From an uncultured Actinomycetes bacterium (lineage in GTDB: Bacteria; SZUA-79; Acidulodesulfobacterales; Acidulodesulfobacteraceae): a stretch of 64,000 nucleotides of DNA. Positions within the stretch are counted from its first letter, which is position 1. Each line of letters opens with the position of its first letter. The translations under genes and the position numbers were made by a program. The notes beneath the pieces are model-generated. The model ran no database searches, was not told the DNA's origin, and saw nothing but the letters and a program-made list of their open reading frames with translations. This document shows, in pieces, positions 39,378 to 48,886 of this stretch. The stretch is taken from positions 1 to 64,000 of the forward strand of contig CAZVZU010000008.1 in the NCBI GenBank assembly GCA_964631685.1, written 5' to 3'.

Positions 39378-40919
39378 ATGAGATATAATAATAAAATTGT
39401 TGCTAACATTTTTCTTTTAATTGCTTTTTTTATTTTTATAGGCACTTTTTTTGTCAATACACAGAGCGTTTGGCTTTTTATACTGAAAAGAGCGTCTGAG
39501 GCCGCATTAATAGGCGGCATTGCGGACTGGTTTGCTATTACCGCCCTATTTAAGTACCCCTTTAATATTCGTATACCGCATACAAATATTATTGAAAATA
39601 ATAGAGAACAGATCACAAGCATGATAAGTAATATGGTTAACGATACGTGGCTCGGAAAAAAATTTCTTGGAGCGGAGATAAATAGAATAGATTTTTATGA
39701 CATTATCGTAAAAGTGATAGGAAAGGATAGAACTAATAAAAGAATAAGGTTTTACTCACGGAAATATCTCGTCAAATTTTTAAAATATTCTAAATCTGAT
39801 AAATTTAATAAATTTGTAAACGATAAACTTAAACAAGCTATAGGTCAAGATTTATCCTTAAAGATATTGAACGGTATAACTGTATTTATGGAAGGTGAGG
39901 ATTTCGATAAAATTTATGAAATTTTATCGGATTATATCAAGCGTTATGTATCCGAATATGAAGCTAAAGATATGATCAGAAATATTATAGAAGTATCATC
40001 TAAGGAAATGATATATTCTATAATGACTTTAGGCAAGAGTCTGATAAATAATAATTTTGATAAGGCTATTAAAAATTTATGTGATTTTGCAAATTTAACC
40101 ATAGATGAGAATAAATCATCTTTAAAAAAACAGATAAAGGAAATAATTGTAAAATATAAGGATAACTCGGTAATAAAAAATATTATTATATCTTTTGCTA
40201 CAGAAACAAAGATTTTAAATGTTGAGCTTTTATCAAACGAGATAATCTTAAAAATAAAGGATCTTATTACCGAGATACAAAATGATCCGTCAAACGATAT
40301 AAGATTGAAGTTAAGGGCTTATGCATTAGGTGTCCTCGATAATTCCGGTGAGGATATTCGGCGTGAGGTTTTGGATAATGTCGAAACGATTATTTATAAA
40401 AATTCTGATAAGCTGAAGGGTTATTTGCTAGATTACATAGATAATAGCGAAGGTAAGCAGTTTATTAAAAAGCAGGTGTTGAGTTTTATAGATTCCGACG
40501 GAATCAAGATTGCGGAGCAGTTTAATGAGCAAATCAAGGATATAATTATGACGACAGGCATGAATACGGTTAACGCGGTAATAGACGGTAATAAGGCATA
40601 TATACTGAATAAAAATTTATTTAAGGGTAAATTTGATTATATAGTGGATTTAATTCAAAATGAGGCATCTAAAAAAAGTAGCGAGATAAACACTTTTTTT
40701 AGAGAAAAAACTATATATGCAATGAGGATTAATCACTCCATAATAGGAAAGTTGGTGCGGCAATATTTAGAAAGTTTAAATCATAAAAAATTAGCAGATC
40801 AAATAGAATCCAAGATTGGTAATGATTTGCAGTATATACGGATAAACGGTGCATTAGTCGGTTCAGTTGTTGGCATAATTATAGCGCTCATCGGTTTGCT
40901 CATGAAGGTCGTTCATTGA
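39378..40919 (+). CDS. DUF445 family membrane protein
   Basis: EAALIGGIADWFAITALFKYP..IPHT and C-terminal DLQYIRINGALVG. Confidence 0.88.
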   Translation: MRYNNKIVANIFLLIAFFIFIGTFFVNTQSVWLFILKRASEAALIGGIADWFAITALFKYPFNIRIPHTNIIENNREQITSMISNMVNDTWLGKKFLGAEINRIDFYDIIVKVIGKDRTNKRIRFYSRKYLVKFLKYSKSDKFNKFVNDKLKQAIGQDLSLKILNGITVFMEGEDFDKIYEILSDYIKRYVSEYEAKDMIRNIIEVSSKEMIYSIMTLGKSLINNNFDKAIKNLCDFANLTIDENKSSLKKQIKEIIVKYKDNSVIKNIIISFATETKILNVELLSNEIILKIKDLITEIQNDPSNDIRLKLRAYALGVLDNSGEDIRREVLDNVETIIYKNSDKLKGYLLDYIDNSEGKQFIKKQVLSFIDSDGIKIAEQFNEQIKDIIMTTGMNTVNAVIDGNKAYILNKNLFKGKFDYIVDLIQNEASKKSSEINTFFREKTIYAMRINHSIIGKLVRQYLESLNHKKLADQIESKIGNDLQYIRINGALVGSVVGIIIALIGLLMKVVH

Positions 40920-41067
40920 AATGAGAGAATGCATGTTAGATAAAAACGGTTAGAATCATTATAATATAGCGGTATCATAATGAAATCTGTTTACTTTTTT
41001 TGAAAATTGTATTAAAATGACTCGAATTTTTTGATATTAATATTTGATTTTAGGAGGCAACTAAATT

Positions 41068-42999
41068 ATGAAACTTAATTTAACAAGCAAGATTTTAAAG
41101 GCACACCTTGTTAGCGGAGAATTAAAACAGGGAGCAGAGATTGCCATAAGGATAGATAATACACTAACGCAGGATGCGACTGGAACGATGGCTTATCTTC
41201 AGTTTGAAGCAATTGGTGTTCCAAGGGTTAAAACAGACTTATCCGTTAGTTTTATAGATCATAACACACTCCAGGCAGGATTTGAAAATGCGGATGACCA
41301 CAGGTTTTTACAGACCGTTGCCGCTAAATACGGAATATTATACTCTAGGGCGGGAAATGGCATCTGTCACCAGGTTAACCTTGAAAGATTCGGTGTTCCT
41401 GGTAAAACACTACTAGGCTCGGATAGTCATACCCCGACGGCAGGCGGGCTTGGGATGATTGCTATTGGAGCGGGTGGACTAGATGTTGCTGTTGCAATGG
41501 GCGGCGGCGCATTTTACATGACCACACCCAAGGTTGTTTTGGTTAAACTTTTAGGAAAGCTTTCGGAGTGGGTTTCTGCTAAGGATGTAATCTTAGAGCT
41601 TTTAGGACGATTAACGGTAAAGGGAGGCGTCGGAAAGATTTTTGAGTATGGCGGAGAGGGCGTTGAAACCTTAACCGTCCCTGAAAGGGCGGTTATCACT
41701 AATATGGGTGCGGAACTCGGAGCTACTACATCTATTTTTCCGAGTGACGAAAAGACCCTTGAATTCTTAAAAGCAGAGGGTAGAGTGGCTAATTATACAG
41801 CCCTTGCTGCCGATGAAGGTGCCCCCTACGATGAAACGATAGAGATCGATTTAAGCTCTTTGGAACCACTTGCTGCTAAACCGCACATGCCCGATCAGGT
41901 GGCTAAAATAAGTGAGTTGAGCGATACAAAGGTTGATCAGGTTGCCATAGGAAGTTGTACTAATTCGTCTTATGTAGATTTAATGACCGCCGCAAGTATT
42001 TTGAAGGGCAAGAAGGTTCATCCGGATGTGAGCCTTGTTATATCCCCAGGGTCCAAACAGGTTTTCGAGATGATAGCTAAAAATGGGGCATTAGCCGATA
42101 TCATAGCATCTGGCGCCAGAATACTTGAGTCTACTTGTGGTCCCTGTATCGGTATGGGGCAATCTCCTAAGTCGGGCGCTATTTCTTTAAGAACATTTAA
42201 TCGTAATTTTGAAGGAAGAAGCGGAACAAAGGATGCAAAGATATATCTTGTTTCTGTGCAAACTGCTGCAGTTTCTGCATTGACTGGGCATATTACCGAT
42301 CCAAGGAGCATGGGTAATGCTCCTAACATTAAAATGCCCGATAAATTTAATATAGATGATTCTATGGTGCTGCATCCTTCTACCAACCCAGATGCGATTG
42401 AGGTTTATAGGGGGCCAAACATTAAACCGTTACCGCTTCAGGATAGGCTTCCTGAGTCCTTGAGCGGCAAGGTGCTTCTTAAGGTAGAAGACAATATAAC
42501 GACCGATCATATCATGCCTGCGGGTTCTAAAATACTTCCATTAAGATCAAATATACCAGCAATATCAAAGTATGTCTTTGAGTCTATAGATAATACCTTT
42601 GCAGAAAGGGCGCTAAAGGAAAAGGGTGGCTTTGTTGTAGGCGGTGAAAATTATGGACAGGGTTCAAGTAGAGAACATGCGGCGCTTGCGCCGATGTATC
42701 TCGGCGTAAAGGCTGTTATAGCAAAATCGTTCGCAAGAATCCACTTTGCGAACCTTGTTAATTTTGGGATTTTGCCTTTGACATTTAAAAATGAATCGGA
42801 TTATGATAAGATTAATCAGGATGATGAGCTCTCTGCCCCCGATATTTTAAAAGAACTCTGCGAACATAAATTGATTACATTTCTTAATAAGACAAAAAAT
42901 GGTGAGAAGTACATGTTCAATTGTGATTTAACCGAAAGGCAGGTCAAGATTATTAAAGAGGGCGGATTATTAAACGAGACGAAGGTTAGGTCTAAATGA
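41068..42999 (+). CDS. Aconitate hydratase (short, Aquifex/archaeal-type)
   Basis: TQDATG, DHN, GICHQ, GSDSHT, GSCTN, CGPCIG, FNRNFEGR, TTDHI, GSSREHA. Confidence 0.92.
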   Translation: MKLNLTSKILKAHLVSGELKQGAEIAIRIDNTLTQDATGTMAYLQFEAIGVPRVKTDLSVSFIDHNTLQAGFENADDHRFLQTVAAKYGILYSRAGNGICHQVNLERFGVPGKTLLGSDSHTPTAGGLGMIAIGAGGLDVAVAMGGGAFYMTTPKVVLVKLLGKLSEWVSAKDVILELLGRLTVKGGVGKIFEYGGEGVETLTVPERAVITNMGAELGATTSIFPSDEKTLEFLKAEGRVANYTALAADEGAPYDETIEIDLSSLEPLAAKPHMPDQVAKISELSDTKVDQVAIGSCTNSSYVDLMTAASILKGKKVHPDVSLVISPGSKQVFEMIAKNGALADIIASGARILESTCGPCIGMGQSPKSGAISLRTFNRNFEGRSGTKDAKIYLVSVQTAAVSALTGHITDPRSMGNAPNIKMPDKFNIDDSMVLHPSTNPDAIEVYRGPNIKPLPLQDRLPESLSGKVLLKVEDNITTDHIMPAGSKILPLRSNIPAISKYVFESIDNTFAERALKEKGGFVVGGENYGQGSSREHAALAPMYLGVKAVIAKSFARIHFANLVNFGILPLTFKNESDYDKINQDDELSAPDILKELCEHKLITFLNKTKNGEKYMFNCDLTERQVKIIKEGGLLNETKVRSK

Positions 43000-43036
43000 A
43001 CTTTGTAAGCGATAATTAATCATATAAACAATTTTA

Positions 43037-43885
43037 ATGCTATCTTCCGAATTTAATAAAAATATTAGAAAGGTCCTTGTATCGTATAAAAAGGATGCTG
43101 AAGAAGCGCTTAAGTCTGCGAACTATGTTTGTGAAATTATAAAAAACAAGGGTATAGATGCAGTAGTTAGCCCGAGCATGAGCATAACTGCTTCAGATAT
43201 GAAAGATGTTGGACTTGTTATAGTTTGTGGCGGAGACGGTACCCTTTTAATTACCTTTGGAAAGATATTTCCATCAGAGGTTCCTATCGTTGGAATAAAT
43301 TTCGGAAAGCTTGGGTTTCTTGTTGAGATCTCCGAGTCTTTAAGGGATAATGCTATTGAAAAGATATTCGACGGCTCTTTAGAGTTTAATGCTCGGATGG
43401 CTTTGGATGTTGATGTGATAAGATATGGCAGGTCAATTACCAAATTTGTTTCATTAAACGAAGCAACCATTGCAAGAGAAAGAAGTATTCATGCAAGGGT
43501 AATCGATTTAACCGTTCATGTTGATAATGTATGGCTTAACGATTTTAGAGCAGATGGGCTTATTCTTGCTACGCCCACCGGTTCTACCGGTTACTCGTTG
43601 TCAGCCGGCGGCCCTATTGTTCAGCCCGACGTAGATGCATTTATACTTACTCCTGTTTGTCCCCATACCTTGACTAATAGGCCGGTAATAATTAATCCGT
43701 GCGAGTTAAAGATAAAAATTGCTCCACAAGAAAGAGACATCTTTATATCCGTTGATGGAAGGGAAGGCATAAGGCTTAGTGACAACGATGAAATTATTAT
43801 TAAAAAACACCCGTCTAAATTTTATCTTTCCGCATCATTAAACCTCAATTATTGGGACATATTGAGATCTAAACTAAATTGGTAA
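43037..43885 (+). CDS. nadK: NAD kinase
   Basis: GGDGTLL, GKLGFL, LNE, DGLILATPTGSTGYSLSAGGP. Confidence 0.95.
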   Translation: MLSSEFNKNIRKVLVSYKKDAEEALKSANYVCEIIKNKGIDAVVSPSMSITASDMKDVGLVIVCGGDGTLLITFGKIFPSEVPIVGINFGKLGFLVEISESLRDNAIEKIFDGSLEFNARMALDVDVIRYGRSITKFVSLNEATIARERSIHARVIDLTVHVDNVWLNDFRADGLILATPTGSTGYSLSAGGPIVQPDVDAFILTPVCPHTLTNRPVIINPCELKIKIAPQERDIFISVDGREGIRLSDNDEIIIKKHPSKFYLSASLNLNYWDILRSKLNW

Positions 43886-43915
43886 GGCAATTTATTTAAA
43901 TATTTCCGGTATGCG

Positions 43916-45616
43916 ATGATAAAAAAGATATACATAAAAAATTTTGCCACAATAGATTTTTTAGAGGTAGACTTTTGTAAAAAATTAAATGTATTGAGCG
44001 GAGAGACCGGTGCCGGCAAAAGCATAATAATAGAATCAATTAATTTTTTGTTTGGGTTTGCAAAAGGGGCTCATATCATAAGGACGGGCGAGAAAGAGGG
44101 GTACGTCAGCGCCGTATTTAATATATACGGCGAAGAAAAAAAAGCCGATTCCGCCCGCATATTTGACGAAAGCGGAATAAATTTTGAAGAAAATGAAGAT
44201 ATTATCGTAAAAAGGATAGTTTATACGACGGGGAAGAGTAAATATTTTATAAATAATGAGCCCGTAAATAAGATTGTTGTTGAAAGGCTAAGCGGAAATC
44301 TAGTTAGTATCTTTGGGCAAAATGACAAAAAGATATTAATTTCACAAGAAAGTCAGCTTGCTTTTGTTGATGGATCCGCTAAAAACCAAGTGCTTTTGGC
44401 CAATATCAAGGATATTTACGATAAGATTAACGCACTTAAAAGAGAAAAAGATGCCATCAAAAAAACCATAGATGATATATCGAGAATTAAGGTCATAAAT
44501 TCCTATATTATAGACGACGTGGAAGGGCTTGAAATAAGTTCAGAGAACGATGACGTTATCCTGCAAGAAGAGCTTAAAAGACTTGAAAATATAAATGATA
44601 TAAAAGATTATATTTCATCATCTATCAATTTAATTGAGAATGAAGAGTTTGGCATATTAAAAAGTTTAACCCCGTTAATATCGAATCTTTCAAGGCTGTC
44701 TGATGTCGACCCTAATTTTAAGAAAAAAGAAGAATTTCAAAATGCCGAAAGTGCTAAAATTTTGATCGAAGATGTACTATTGTTTCTGGAAGGGTATTCT
44801 GATTTTGAATTTGACGAAGAGAGATTGAGTGAGATTAGATTGAAAATAGACAAAATAATCAGTACGGAGAATAAGTATAATGTTTCCAACCTAGATGAGT
44901 TATTTAGGCTGTATGATGAAGCAAAAAATGAGATTCAAAATATTTCGGGATTAGAATACAAATTTAATAAACTTGAAGTGGATATGAGCGAATTAAGGGA
45001 TAAGTTCATCAGTATGGCGGATGATTTACACAAAAAGAGGGTAAAATTTGCCAAGATTCTTGAAAGGAATATTGAAGATGAGATCTCACTGCTAGGAATC
45101 AAGCCTGCCTTTAAAATAGAGATAAATAAACAAGACTTTAAGGACTATTTTTCCGATACAGGGTTGGATAGTTGCAAGTTTATGTTTTCCGCTAATCCTG
45201 GAGAAAGCCCGAAGTCTCTTTCAATGGTTGCTTCCGGCGGGGAACTTTCCCGGCTTAGTCTTTGCATGTTAAAGGTTGCAAACTCAAAAAAGGATTTACC
45301 AGCATTTATATTCGACGAAATAGATTCAGGGATAGGTGGTGATGTTGCAAATTTTGTCGGATATGCGCTTAAAGACATCTCTACAACTAATCAGGTTGTT
45401 ATTATTACCCACCTTGCGCAGGTAGCCTCTTTTGCGGACGATCATTTTTTTGTCTTTAAAGAAGTAGTAAACGAAAAAACATATACAAAGATAAAAAGAC
45501 TTTCACTTGAAGAAAGGGTGAAAGAAATAGCGAGAATGCTGTCGGGGGATATAAAAAGTTCTGCCGCAACATCTCATGCGAGAGAAATCCTTAAAAAAAG
45601 GGGCTTTGCTGTATAA
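43916..45616 (+). CDS. recN: DNA repair protein RecN
   Basis: SGETGAGKS, SANPGE, ASGGELSR, IFDEIDSG, ITHLAQVA, EIARMLSG. Confidence 0.95.
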   Translation: MIKKIYIKNFATIDFLEVDFCKKLNVLSGETGAGKSIIIESINFLFGFAKGAHIIRTGEKEGYVSAVFNIYGEEKKADSARIFDESGINFEENEDIIVKRIVYTTGKSKYFINNEPVNKIVVERLSGNLVSIFGQNDKKILISQESQLAFVDGSAKNQVLLANIKDIYDKINALKREKDAIKKTIDDISRIKVINSYIIDDVEGLEISSENDDVILQEELKRLENINDIKDYISSSINLIENEEFGILKSLTPLISNLSRLSDVDPNFKKKEEFQNAESAKILIEDVLLFLEGYSDFEFDEERLSEIRLKIDKIISTENKYNVSNLDELFRLYDEAKNEIQNISGLEYKFNKLEVDMSELRDKFISMADDLHKKRVKFAKILERNIEDEISLLGIKPAFKIEINKQDFKDYFSDTGLDSCKFMFSANPGESPKSLSMVASGGELSRLSLCMLKVANSKKDLPAFIFDEIDSGIGGDVANFVGYALKDISTTNQVVIITHLAQVASFADDHFFVFKEVVNEKTYTKIKRLSLEERVKEIARMLSGDIKSSAATSHAREILKKRGFAV

Positions 45617-45617
45617 A

Positions 45618-46112
45618 TTGAAAAAACACAGATGCCAAGAAGACGGTAAAAATGTCGGCATAATATTAAGAAAGGCGTTAATGTGTGATGTTAAGCCGCT
45701 TTACAATCTTTTTTATGAATATTCCAATGCGGGAGATATGCTTCCTCGTTCGATGAGCGATATATATGAACATTTAAGGGATTTTTATATAGCGGAAAAC
45801 TCAGGCGATATTATCGGCGCTTGCGCACTGACCATAGTATGGGAAAGCCTTGCAGAGATAAGGTCGCTTGCCGTCAAAAGATCTCATACAGGGAAGCTTA
45901 TCGGGACGGAATTAATAAAAAAATGCATTGATGAGGCAAAATTTTTTAAGGTAACAAATATATTTGCACTTACCTATAAACCTCAATTTTTTCAAAAATC
46001 AGGTTTTACGGTAGTAGATAAGTCTGAACTTCCGCACAAAATATGGAGCGATTGTATAAATTGCGTAAAATTTCCTGATTGTGACGAAACTGCGGTAATG
46101 TTAAAGTTATAG
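45618..46112 (+). CDS. GNAT N-acetyltransferase (short ArgA-like amino-acid acetyltransferase)
   Basis: MLPRS, LAEIRSLAV, FALTY.P.FF, LPHKIWSDCINC.KFPDCDE. Start uncertain (TTG 45618; ORF track 45576). Confidence 0.85.
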   Translation: MKKHRCQEDGKNVGIILRKALMCDVKPLYNLFYEYSNAGDMLPRSMSDIYEHLRDFYIAENSGDIIGACALTIVWESLAEIRSLAVKRSHTGKLIGTELIKKCIDEAKFFKVTNIFALTYKPQFFQKSGFTVVDKSELPHKIWSDCINCVKFPDCDETAVMLKL

Positions 46113-46211
46113 ATGTTTATAATTTTAAAGACAAGTAATTAATGGACAAAATTTAAATTATATATTACAATGAACAATATGTATGTTTTATAATAATGGA
46201 GGGATTACAAA

Positions 46212-46583
46212 TTGTTCAATATTTTTAGGAGGGAGGGTCTGTCCGGAGGCGTAGAGCAAATAACCCCCGAAGAGGCATTAAAAAAAATATCAAGGAAAGA
46301 TGGGGGCGAAGAAGCGCTGGTGATTGATGTTAGGGAAGTTCATGAGTTCAACGGTAAATTAGGACATATAGAAAATGCCAAATCTGTTCCCATAAGGCTT
46401 TTGCCGTTAAAAATAGCAGATCTTGAAGCATATAAAGATAAAGAAATAATTGCCGTTTGTCATAGCGGAGCCAGAAGTTATTCCGTATGTATAATGCTAA
46501 AAAGACATGGTTTTGATAAAGTATATAACTTGAAGGGTGGCATGATTTCATGGAAAAAATTTGGATTTAAGTCACATGTGTGA
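46212..46583 (+). CDS. Single-domain rhodanese (sulfurtransferase)
   Basis: IDVRE..EF...GHI..A, active loop CHSGARS, NLKGGM..W. Confidence 0.92.
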   Translation: MFNIFRREGLSGGVEQITPEEALKKISRKDGGEEALVIDVREVHEFNGKLGHIENAKSVPIRLLPLKIADLEAYKDKEIIAVCHSGARSYSVCIMLKRHGFDKVYNLKGGMISWKKFGFKSHV

Positions 46584-46598
46584 TAAGGGCTTGCTACT

Positions 46599-47426
46599 AT
46601 GAATGAAAAAATAGATTCCATAACTAAGGATTTTCACATTTTCGTGGTGTCGGATTCTACCGGTGAGACCGCAGAAAAAGTAGTGAGGGCAGCAGTTTCT
46701 CAGTTTGCCATTCCGGAGGTCCATCTAAAGAGGTTTCTCTTAGTAGATTCCGAGTTAAAACTGAGGGAAATTATCACGGAGGCTGTGGGTAAAAATGCCC
46801 TTATCATTTTTACTTTAGTCAAGGATAGTCTTAGAAATATTATGCTTCAGGAGTCTAGCGAAAAAGGGGTTACGAGCATTGATATCATCGGTCCCGTACT
46901 AAATTCCATTTCGTATATATTAGATATTTTGCCCGAGAGAAAACCGGGGTTGATTCATAGGGTAAATGACGAATATTTCAAGAGAATAGATGCACTAGAA
47001 TATGCGGTAAAACATGATGACGGGCAAAGGGTAGATGAGATTACCGAAGCGGATACACTTATTTTGGGGGTGTCAAGGACATCAAAAACACCGTTGTGTT
47101 TGTTTCTTGCCCAGCGGGGTTTTAAGGCTGCAAATATTCCCATAATAGATGAACAGGGTATCAATGATGTTGTTTACAAAATTCCCGGCGGAACAATATT
47201 TGGATTGGTTTCGGATGCTGTTAGAATATCAAACTTAAGGAAAGAAAGATTAAAAAGGATGGGGCTTTCGTTTTCGTCTGATTATGTTTCTATAGAATCA
47301 ATTGAGAAAGAGTTGTCTCATTCAAAAAACATCTATAGTAAGCTAAATGCATTTGTCATAGATATTACGGATAAATCAATTGAGGAAGTAGCCGCCGACA
47401 TTATTTCCCATATAAATAGCAAATAA
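46599..47426 (+). CDS. Pyruvate phosphate dikinase/PEP synthase regulatory protein (DUF299)
   Basis: VSDSTGETA, YFKRIDALEYAVKHDDG, GVSRTSKTP, SIEEVA. Confidence 0.92.
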   Translation: MNEKIDSITKDFHIFVVSDSTGETAEKVVRAAVSQFAIPEVHLKRFLLVDSELKLREIITEAVGKNALIIFTLVKDSLRNIMLQESSEKGVTSIDIIGPVLNSISYILDILPERKPGLIHRVNDEYFKRIDALEYAVKHDDGQRVDEITEADTLILGVSRTSKTPLCLFLAQRGFKAANIPIIDEQGINDVVYKIPGGTIFGLVSDAVRISNLRKERLKRMGLSFSSDYVSIESIEKELSHSKNIYSKLNAFVIDITDKSIEEVAADIISHINSK

Positions 47427-47495
47427 AACTTCTATTTGTGCTTATTAAAAGTTAGCAGTACAGTTATAAATACACTAAAAAGGGATAAATTATAA

Positions 47496-48848
47496 ATGAA
47501 TTTCGATGATACAGTTGCATTAGTAGATAGTTTGTCTAAAAAGAAAGGGGTGCAATATCAAATTTACCTCTTTAACTCCAAAATTTTAGAAATGGAGTCG
47601 GAAGATTCTGCCATATCAAGCTATACAGATGCAGAAACCAACGGATTTAGCTTAAGATTATTAGATGAAAAAAAAATGAGTTTCTCGTACTGCTTTGGAC
47701 TTGACGAGAAAAAGGTTGAAGATGCATTCTATAGTACTTTTTCCTTGTTGAAATTTATGGAGGAAAACGAATATGCGGACATCGCACCTCGAAATGATAT
47801 CTTGTTTTCTCAAGATATAGGAGAAAAGCTGGGAATTTATTCTTCAAAGGCGGATGAAATTGGCATAGAGAAAAAGAAAGAGAGCCTGCTGGAGATGGAA
47901 GGAATTGCATATTCCTATGATAAAAGAATATATAAGGTCGATAAGCCGACCTATACAGAATCATTGGTTTCCAAAAGAATTTGTAACTCTAACGGTTTGG
48001 ATTTGGTGTCAAAAAAAACCTTTTATGAGATTTTTTTATCTGTTGCAGCAGGGGGCGGCGATGATACCGGCGCGGGGTTTGATTTTGATTTTTCTCATGA
48101 GTTTGATGGACTGAAGTTTAGAAAAGTTTCAATGAATGCTGCTAAAAAGGGCATAGATCAACTTGGTGCAAGGATTGTTTCTAGTGGAAATTACAATATC
48201 TTATTTGATAATTTTACATCCTCGGAACTCCTTTCAATATTAAAACAGTCATTCTATGCAAGTAGTATTTATAAAAAAAAGTCCATTCTTGCGGGTAAGC
48301 TCGGACAAAAAATATTTTCGGACAAACTTAACATTGTAGATGACGGGCTTTTGTATGGAGGGGCATTGACCGATATATTTGATGGGGAAGGGGTAGGTAT
48401 GGAAAGAACACCGTTATGTGCCAACGGTGTTATGAAATCCTTCCTGTATGATATAGAATATGCAAAAAGATTTAACACTAAATCCACGGGGAACTCGGTT
48501 ATCGCTTCGTATAAACTTCCTTCCGAGATAGGCTCGACCAATTTTTTTATAGAAAATGGAGCCACTCCGCTCATGGATGTTATTGGGTCGATGAAGGAGG
48601 GGTTATATATAAATGAGCTTATGGGGACACATATGGCGAAGCCTTATACCGGTGAATTTTCGCTTGGAGCGTCCGGCTTTTATATAAAAGATTCTAAGTT
48701 TGCATTTCCGGTTAAGGGAATAGTCATAAGTGGTAATTTGTTGCAATTGTTTAACGCTATAGCTAATATCGCAAACGATATCCGTTTTTTCGGATCAACA
48801 GGGTCGCCCTCAATTTTATTTGAAAACGTACAGGTTTCAGGTAAATAA
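47496..48848 (+). CDS. pmbA: TldD/PmbA family protein (PmbA/TldE type)
   Basis: DDG......FDGEG, STGN, TGEFSLGASG, SGNLLQL, GSPSIL. No HExxH. Confidence 0.85.
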   Translation: MNFDDTVALVDSLSKKKGVQYQIYLFNSKILEMESEDSAISSYTDAETNGFSLRLLDEKKMSFSYCFGLDEKKVEDAFYSTFSLLKFMEENEYADIAPRNDILFSQDIGEKLGIYSSKADEIGIEKKKESLLEMEGIAYSYDKRIYKVDKPTYTESLVSKRICNSNGLDLVSKKTFYEIFLSVAAGGGDDTGAGFDFDFSHEFDGLKFRKVSMNAAKKGIDQLGARIVSSGNYNILFDNFTSSELLSILKQSFYASSIYKKKSILAGKLGQKIFSDKLNIVDDGLLYGGALTDIFDGEGVGMERTPLCANGVMKSFLYDIEYAKRFNTKSTGNSVIASYKLPSEIGSTNFFIENGATPLMDVIGSMKEGLYINELMGTHMAKPYTGEFSLGASGFYIKDSKFAFPVKGIVISGNLLQLFNAIANIANDIRFFGSTGSPSILFENVQVSGK

Positions 48849-48886
48849 ATTATGGATATACATTAATTTTATAATATTTATGGAGC

